From positions 150,001 through 182,000 of the forward strand of contig NZ_NVQC01000017.1 in assembly GCF_003044035.1 (NCBI RefSeq): a stretch of DNA of 32,000 nt, in the 5' to 3' direction. The notes below the pieces were generated by a model. The model made no database searches. It saw nothing but the letters and a program-made list of their open reading frames with translations, and was not told the origin of the DNA. Source of the DNA: Candidatus Methylomirabilis limnetica (GTDB lineage: Bacteria > Methylomirabilota > Methylomirabilia > Methylomirabilales > Methylomirabilaceae). Positions 23,749 to 29,307 of the stretch are shown here, one piece after another. The translations under genes were made by a program, and so were the position numbers. The first letter of the stretch is position 1, and each line of letters starts with the position of its first letter.

Positions 23749-25107
23749 CTACTCGGAGAGCGCTGCCTTAGCCTGATCGGCCACGACGACCAGGACGTAA
23801 CCATCCGGCCTGAGATAGGTGCGCGCCACTCGGAGGATGTCCTCTTTGCTGATACCATCGATCAGCGTCCGGTAGCGGTCCGCATAGTCCAAGCCGAGCT
23901 TGTAATACTCCACCGAGGAAATCAACCCGGCGAGTTTTGCGTTAGTATCGAGCCGAAGGGGAAAGCTTCCGGTCAGGTAGGCCTTCGCATCAGCCAGCTC
24001 CTGATCGGTCACCCCCTGCTCCCGGATCCGCTGAAGCTCACGCACCACCTCCTGTATCGCAGGACCGGCGGTCTCATTCTTGGTCTGCAGCACCACCTGA
24101 AACGATCCTCGCTCCAGGCCGGGAGAGAATTGGGAGCTGACATCATAGGCCCAGCCCTTTTGCTCACGTATTCGCTCTACCAGGCGAGAGGAAAACCCGC
24201 CTCCTCCCAGGATGTAGTTCATGACCGTCAAGGCGTAGAAATCCGGATTATCCCGCCGGATTCCCTGATGACCGAGGATGATATTCGCCTGCGTCACGCT
24301 CCGTTCTACCTTTTTGACGACGATCTTCCCCTGAAGCGGCGTGGGCTCTGTCGCCCGCTTCACTGTTGCCTTGCTTTTCGGCCACGAACCAAGTAGTGCG
24401 CGAATCTGACCGGTGATCTCGCTTCGGTCGACGTCGCCCACCACGGTCACAAAGGTCCGTTCCGGAGTATAGTGATCGCGATAGAACCCCACAATCTCAT
24501 CCCTGGTGATCGCGGTGAGGGTCGCCTCGCGTCCCTCCAGCGGACGACCGTATGGGTGGCTCCCAAAGACCAGATCGTCGAATACCTCCTGAGCCACCTC
24601 GCCAGGCTCCTCCTGCCGCTTCCGTAGCGCCGCCCTGATCTCCTGTACCTTCCTGGTGATCTCCCCTTGCTCAAAGGCCGGGTGAAGCAGGGCGTCCGCC
24701 AGTAGCTCCAGCCCCTTTGGCAAATCCTTCTTCAACACGGTCAGATCCAGTTCACTCAGATCCCGACCAGCGGATGAAGAGAGGGAGGCGCCAATAAAGT
24801 CCACCGACTCATCGATCTGGGCGGCTGTGCGAGTCGCCGTGCCCCTCGTCAGCAGCAGGGCCGTCAGATTGGCCAGCCCCGCACGCCCCTCCTGCTCCCA
24901 CAGGGAGCCCGATTGCACCATCACCTTGATGGTCACAATCGGGAGCGCCCGACTGCTCCTGACCAGCAGCGTAAGCCCATTCTCCAGAACCTGTCGTTCG
25001 GCTAACGGGGCCGCCGCCACGATTACAGGCTGCAGCAGGAGCAGCAGAAGACCCAATATCGTAATCAGTCGGTATCGTCGCATCGCGCTATTTATCGCCT
25101 TTCGCAT
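23749..25107 (-). CDS. M16-family (pitrilysin/insulinase-like) peptidase, non-catalytic subunit type
   Basis: M16 N and C domains with a signal peptide (RLITILGLLLLLLQPVIVAAAP). Where HxxEH should sit the sequence is ANLTALLLTRGT. The start is uncertain: ATG 25107, ATG 25083, or GTG 25128, which lies inside a repeat. Confidence 0.8.
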   Translation of the reverse strand: MRKAINSAMRRYRLITILGLLLLLLQPVIVAAAPLAERQVLENGLTLLVRSSRALPIVTIKVMVQSGSLWEQEGRAGLANLTALLLTRGTATRTAAQIDESVDFIGASLSSSAGRDLSELDLTVLKKDLPKGLELLADALLHPAFEQGEITRKVQEIRAALRKRQEEPGEVAQEVFDDLVFGSHPYGRPLEGREATLTAITRDEIVGFYRDHYTPERTFVTVVGDVDRSEITGQIRALLGSWPKSKATVKRATEPTPLQGKIVVKKVERSVTQANIILGHQGIRRDNPDFYALTVMNYILGGGGFSSRLVERIREQKGWAYDVSSQFSPGLERGSFQVVLQTKNETAGPAIQEVVRELQRIREQGVTDQELADAKAYLTGSFPLRLDTNAKLAGLISSVEYYKLGLDYADRYRTLIDGISKEDILRVARTYLRPDGYVLVVVADQAKAALSE

Positions 25108-25114
25108 CCTGCAC

Positions 25115-25282
25115 CAAACCCCCCTCACCCCCCTTTAAAGGGGGGTGACTTGAGGGTACTGAGGGCAGCCACAAGGGCTGCCCCTACACCCCGCGCTGCA
25201 CTAAATCTTTCCGTTCCCCCCTTTGATAAAGGGGGGTGAGGGGGGTTTACTCCATGCTGGGCGCAGCAAGCAGCGCCCCTAC
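25115..25282. repeat. Repeat cluster: half family-A palindrome followed by a second copy of the B + A + C module
   Basis: The half palindrome is CAAACCCCCCtcaCCCCCCTTTAAAGGGGGG (25115-25147). Hairpin B spans 25163-25187, TCCCCCCTTTgatAAAGGGGGGtgaGGGGGGTTTA spans 25215-25249, and hairpin C spans 25259-25282. Confidence 0.85.
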
Positions 25283-26643
25283 TTCTTTATTTTCTCCGGG
25301 ATCAGTACAGCGACGGTGCGATGATCCGGGGTCAGGTAGAGCCTCGCGACCCGTTGCAGATCCGCTGCCGTGACGGCGCGGATACCGGGGAGGTATGCCT
25401 CCCATGCGCGCCAGCCGGCCACGATCTCATACTCGGCCAGTTGCCTGGCCAGGCTGAACACCGAATCCTGCCCGAAGAGGAAACCGGCCTCGATCTGATT
25501 CTTCGCCTTCTGCAGCTCACGGTCCGGGACAGGGTCGTTTTTCACGCGCTCGATCTCTGCCGTCAGAGCCTGTTCAACCTCTTCAGCCGTTTTACCAGGC
25601 ATTACGCTAGCGTAAAACGGGAAAAGGTTCGGGTCGATACTTTCCCGGTAATACCCCCCGCCGGCAAACAGCGCAAGCTGTTTCTCGTAGACCAGGCTCT
25701 TGTAAATCCTGGCGCTCTTGCCGCCAGACAGGATATAGGCCAGAATCTCGAGGGCAAAGTTATCGGGATGTTTCAGATTCGGGACATGGTACCCCATAAA
25801 CACAAACGGTAGCTCCGCCTCCTTCTTCAGGACAAGCCTCCGCTCTCCCCGTTGCTCCGGTTCGATGGCGCGGACTGCGGGCGGGTCAGCGCCCCGTGGA
25901 ATCGCGCCAAAGTGCTGTCGAATTTTTGGAAGCAGCTCGTCGCTCTTGAAATCACCGACCACGATCAGCACGGCGTTATTCGGCACATAGTAGGTGTTGT
26001 AGTGGCGTACCAGATCCTCCCGGTCCAGCTTCTCGATGTCAGACATCCAGCCAACGACAGGCTGCCGGTACGGGTGCACCTGAAACGCAGCAGCCCCCAT
26101 CACCTCCCTCAGGGCGGAGATAGGCTCATCTTCTGTCCGCAGCCGGCGCTCCTCCATGACGACTGCCCTCTCCGATTCCGCCTCCTTCCGATCAATGAGG
26201 AGACCCCGCATCCGATCGGCCTCGAGCTCCAGGGCCAGTTCGACCCGATCCGAGGCAAACGTCTCGAAGTAGCCGGTGTAATCATCGCTGGTGAAGGCGT
26301 TGTCGCGACCGCCGTTTCTCTTGATGACCCTCGAAAACTGGCCGGGGCCTAGCTTCGATGTCCCCTTGAACATCATGTGCTCCAACAGGTGAGACAGGCC
26401 GGTGGTTCCAGGTTGCTCGTTGCGCGCGCCAACCCGATACCAGATGTGGATCGTTACCACGGGCGCCTTGTGCTCTTCAAGCAACAGGATCTTCAGCCCG
26501 TTCTCGAGCGCCGACTCCTTCACCCTGGCCGTGACCTGCGCGTCCACTAGACCTGGGGCCAGGATGACACAGAGAATCATCCAGGCTATCGCCAATCCCA
26601 GTCTTTGCAGTCGCTGTATCCGCTGTCTCATTACCGCTGCCAT
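25279..26643 (-). CDS. M16-family zinc peptidase, catalytic subunit type
   Basis: The inverted zinc motif HxxEH is present (GLSHLLEHMMFKGT). It has a signal peptide (LAIAWMILCVILAPGLVDAQ) and pairs with the downstream inactive paralogue. Confidence 0.88.
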   Translation of the reverse strand: MAAVMRQRIQRLQRLGLAIAWMILCVILAPGLVDAQVTARVKESALENGLKILLLEEHKAPVVTIHIWYRVGARNEQPGTTGLSHLLEHMMFKGTSKLGPGQFSRVIKRNGGRDNAFTSDDYTGYFETFASDRVELALELEADRMRGLLIDRKEAESERAVVMEERRLRTEDEPISALREVMGAAAFQVHPYRQPVVGWMSDIEKLDREDLVRHYNTYYVPNNAVLIVVGDFKSDELLPKIRQHFGAIPRGADPPAVRAIEPEQRGERRLVLKKEAELPFVFMGYHVPNLKHPDNFALEILAYILSGGKSARIYKSLVYEKQLALFAGGGYYRESIDPNLFPFYASVMPGKTAEEVEQALTAEIERVKNDPVPDRELQKAKNQIEAGFLFGQDSVFSLARQLAEYEIVAGWRAWEAYLPGIRAVTAADLQRVARLYLTPDHRTVAVLIPEKIKK

Positions 26644-26649
26644 GGCGCG

Positions 26650-27120
26650 CTAACGACTCGATCCTTCATATTTGACACGGACCACCTGACCCACCGTAAC
26701 GCTCATCTCTTGGGCGAATCCTGCCGGAACCTCCAGCACCATATCGGCTACCTGACTGACGACGGCAGGCGCCTCATGCAGGCGCGGCGGAGCAACGTTC
26801 GCATCAATGGCCACCATCTTACCCTCCCTGATCCAGAGAATATCGATCGGGATCAGCATCCCTTTCATCCAGAATACTCTGGGCTTCGCCGCGTCAAAAG
26901 GGAAGAGCATCCCTCTACCCTTTAAAAGCGACGATCGGCCCCCCAGCCCCCTCGCCTGCTCCTGTGCGGTTCGCACCACCTCAACGGTAATCGTCACCCG
27001 GCCGTCAATGACCACCTCGCCCCCTTGAAGGGCCGAGGCATCAGAGACCAGGAGCAGGTAGAGCAGAAGAGAGAAGAAGAAAGGGAACCCCTGGATGAAG
27101 AAATTCTGAACCGTCTTCAT
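26650..27120 (-). CDS. DUF192-domain protein (secreted)
   Basis: 156 aa with an N-terminal hydrophobic signal. The DUF192 hallmark blocks are present: RGLGGRSSLLKGRGMLFPF, FWMKGMLIPIDILWI and EVPAGF. Its ATG overlaps the htrA stop by 4 nt. Confidence 0.8.
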   Translation of the reverse strand: MKTVQNFFIQGFPFFFSLLLYLLLVSDASALQGGEVVIDGRVTITVEVVRTAQEQARGLGGRSSLLKGRGMLFPFDAAKPRVFWMKGMLIPIDILWIREGKMVAIDANVAPPRLHEAPAVVSQVADMVLEVPAGFAQEMSVTVGQVVRVKYEGSSR

Positions 27121-28235
27121 TTCTCAGGCAGCTCTCCCAGCCGAACCGAGAGGGCAAGTGGCCGCCCATCCCTAAGAATCTCGATCTTCACCTGGTCTCC
27201 CACCTTCCGCTCCCCATCCAAAAAGGCCGTCAGATCGTCTATCGATATCATCTTTCGGCTATCGACCGCAACGATAATATCCCCTCCTACATTGACCAGC
27301 ATGTTACCGACCCGCGCCTTTCTTGTACTTCCCCTGATGCCCGCACGGTCCACCGGACCTTTTGGAGAGACCTGCATCACGACGATCCCCTGCCGAACCG
27401 GAAGCTTCAGGGCGTTGACCAACTCTGGCGTGATGTCCAGTCCGGCGACGCCCAGCCAGGGATGACTGACCCGCCCCTTGGCGATCAACTGGGGGAGCAG
27501 TCGCTTCGCCGTATCGATTGGGATGGCAAAACCGATTCCGACAGACCCGCCGCTCGGTGTGTAGATGGCGCTGTTGATCCCGACGACCTCGCCCCTGGAG
27601 TTCAGCAGCGGTCCGCCTGAATTGCCGGGATTGATCGGCGCGTCGGTCTGGATGACGCCTCGAATCTGGCGTCCACTCTCAGAGCGGAGCGTCCGACCCA
27701 TCGAGCTGATCACGCCGCGGGTGACGGTTCGATCCAGGCCGAACGGATTGCCGATGGCAATGGCCATCTGCCCCACCTGCACGGTATCGCTACTTCCCAA
27801 CTTCAAAGGGAAAAGCTTCTCCTTCGGAACAGAAATCTTTATGACTGCCAGATCATTGCTGGGATCACGGCCGATCAACTTTGCCGAAACCTTACTCTTG
27901 TCGGGTAACGTCACCTCTAGACTGTCAGCCTCTTCCACCACATGGTTATTCGTCAGGATATATCCCCGGTCATCCACTACGAAGCCCGTACCAGTACCTT
28001 TCTGGGGGACCGGATTGGAGAATACATCGTACGCCAGGGCGGTGCTGGTGATGTGAACGACGCCTGGGCTGGCATGTTTATAGACTGATATCACAATCTG
28101 TTCCTCAGGGCTAAGGCCAGAATTTTCCGCTTGGGTTTTTTGTGCCAGGGCGTCAACCCCAACGACGAGGCACCCAGCAGTCAAGAGCACAGCCAACACT
28201 GCGCGCCGAACCTGACCGGAAAAGCTATCAGACAA
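27117..28235 (-). CDS. htrA: HtrA/DegP-family periplasmic serine protease with C-terminal PDZ domain
   Basis: The catalytic triad contexts are TNNHVV, NDLAVIK and GNSGGPLL, with a PDZ domain at the C-terminus. The start is set to in-frame TTG 28235, 8 nt after GAAGGAG, giving the signal anchor VRRAVLAVLLTAGCLVVGV. The track ORF extends to TTG 28337. Confidence 0.88.
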   Translation of the reverse strand: MSDSFSGQVRRAVLAVLLTAGCLVVGVDALAQKTQAENSGLSPEEQIVISVYKHASPGVVHITSTALAYDVFSNPVPQKGTGTGFVVDDRGYILTNNHVVEEADSLEVTLPDKSKVSAKLIGRDPSNDLAVIKISVPKEKLFPLKLGSSDTVQVGQMAIAIGNPFGLDRTVTRGVISSMGRTLRSESGRQIRGVIQTDAPINPGNSGGPLLNSRGEVVGINSAIYTPSGGSVGIGFAIPIDTAKRLLPQLIAKGRVSHPWLGVAGLDITPELVNALKLPVRQGIVVMQVSPKGPVDRAGIRGSTRKARVGNMLVNVGGDIIVAVDSRKMISIDDLTAFLDGERKVGDQVKIEILRDGRPLALSVRLGELPEK

Positions 28236-28414
28236 ATGCCTCGCTCCTTCGATTACGTCAGCAACCCAAAAAGAAAAGTGGATCCTCCGTCCACTTCGAC
28301 GACTGTAAAACACCACCGTGGGCTTGTCAACGCCCAAGGTGGCTAATCCAACTTTGCGAGCAAATCAGAGTCTACAGTGAGAGGCCCATAGCACTTCCTG
28401 TCTCGCACCTCGCA

Positions 28415-28564
28415 CTACTGTTTCGAAATGTATTTCTCCGGCGACTGCTCGAAGGCTCGTTTGCAGCCTACAGCGCAGAAATAGTAGGTCACCCCTTGAT
28501 AGACGGCTGTGGCCGCCGCCCGCTTTTCATCCACCATCATCTCACATACGGGATCTTTCGACAT
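28415..28564 (-). CDS. 49-aa YHS/TRASH-domain metal-binding protein
   Basis: [49 protein letters not shown], preceded by GGAGGGGGAG. It is below the ORF-track size cutoff. It parallels the first 46 aa of CopA in this window (DPICGMDV...[19 protein letters not shown]). Confidence 0.8.
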   Translation of the reverse strand: MSKDPVCEMMVDEKRAAATAVYQGVTYYFCAVGCKRAFEQSPEKYISKQ

Positions 28565-28578
28565 CGCTCCCCCTCCGC

Positions 28579-29016
28579 TCACCTTGCGTATTTTCGGTCA
28601 ATTGCCGTCTTGATCTCTGCAACTGTCTTTCCCTGCTTGTGCATGGCATACGCATCCAGCGTAATGTCTTGGCACATCCCTCACCCGTCGGCATGCCGAT
28701 CCGCGTAACAATCGAGGTTGCTTTGATGGTTGGCCGACGCGACGCAACCGCAATAGCAGGGCATCTGCTCGATCAGTTCCGGCGCTTCCTTGGCGATCCG
28801 ATAGGCCTGCGCTGTTTTTCCACTGAACAGCGCAGGTGACGGCGTAACCGGCCGCGGCCGTTTCGGAATTACCTGAAGCACGCTACCGGCGCCTTCTGCT
28901 CTCCTCACGCCCGGGCGCCAACCAACGTCAAGCCCGACGAATAGGCCGACCAGGCCTCCGCCAAGGATCTTGAGAACCGCTCGTCGGTCAGACTGCTCTC
29001 CTTCATCCCGTTCCAT
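28579..29016 (-). CDS. Tat-signal PCYCGC-domain protein with in-frame TGA (candidate selenocysteine) in a U-x-x-C motif
   Basis: The track ORF (28681-29016) stops at TGA 28683..28681. Read-through in the same frame gives ...QMPCYCGCVASANHQSNLDCYADRHADG[U]GMCQDITLDAYAMHKQGKTVAEIKTAIDRKYAR*. The N-terminus has a twin-arginine motif (SDRRAVLKILGGGLVGL). The extension restores the conserved C-terminal half of the PCYCGC family. Confidence 0.7.
28647..28666 (-). promoter_or_regulatory. Candidate SECIS hairpin for the PCYCGC gene
   Basis: The mRNA segment CAUUACGC-UGGAU-GCGUAUG starts 14 nt after the UGA. It forms a 5-bp plus 2-bp stem with one bulged U, and the pentaloop contains GG. Folded by eye only. 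Confidence 0.35.
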
Positions 29017-29039
29017 ACGCCTTCACCCTCCTCCCTTGT

Positions 29040-29268
29040 GTGTGTTGCGTCTATTGCGTCTATTGCGTTCATTTTCGTTGAGGGTCGATACCCCGCGGCT
29101 TGCCGCGAGTTCGTCATACCGGCGGAAGCCGGTATCCAGCGGGCCAGACTGGATTCCCCCGTATCCAGTACGGGGCAGGCGTGTCAAGCACGGAATGACG
29201 GTCCAGAACATAAGACGATACCCCGCGGCTTGCTGCGGGGTGTTTCATGGCGTTCATGGCGTCTAGCG
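29040..29268. repeat. Composite MITE-like repeat: 9-nt tandem arrays flanking an 18-nt direct repeat pair and nested hairpins
   Basis: TTGCGTCTA appears twice, followed by TTGCGTTCA (29044-29070). CGATACCCCGCGGCTTGC occurs at 29085-29102 and again at 29215-29232. The core hairpins are GTCATACCGGCggaaGCCGGTATCCAG and CCCCGTAtccagTACGGGG. TTCATGGCG-type 9-mers span 29242-29268. Confidence 0.75.
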
Positions 29269-29307
29269 CCTTACGCTGCACGCTATAGAGCATATTCGCC
29301 GATCCCG

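Noticed and set aside
5761-29016. Alternative genetic code (TGA read as Trp or Gly) as the explanation for the two in-frame TGAs
   Set aside because: TGA clearly terminates several well-defined genes here (ferredoxin 1545, methyltransferase 2369, HAD 4567, glcD 15415, the GlcE-like gene 16914, ccdA 22973). Both internal TGAs sit at Cys columns, not at Trp or Gly columns.
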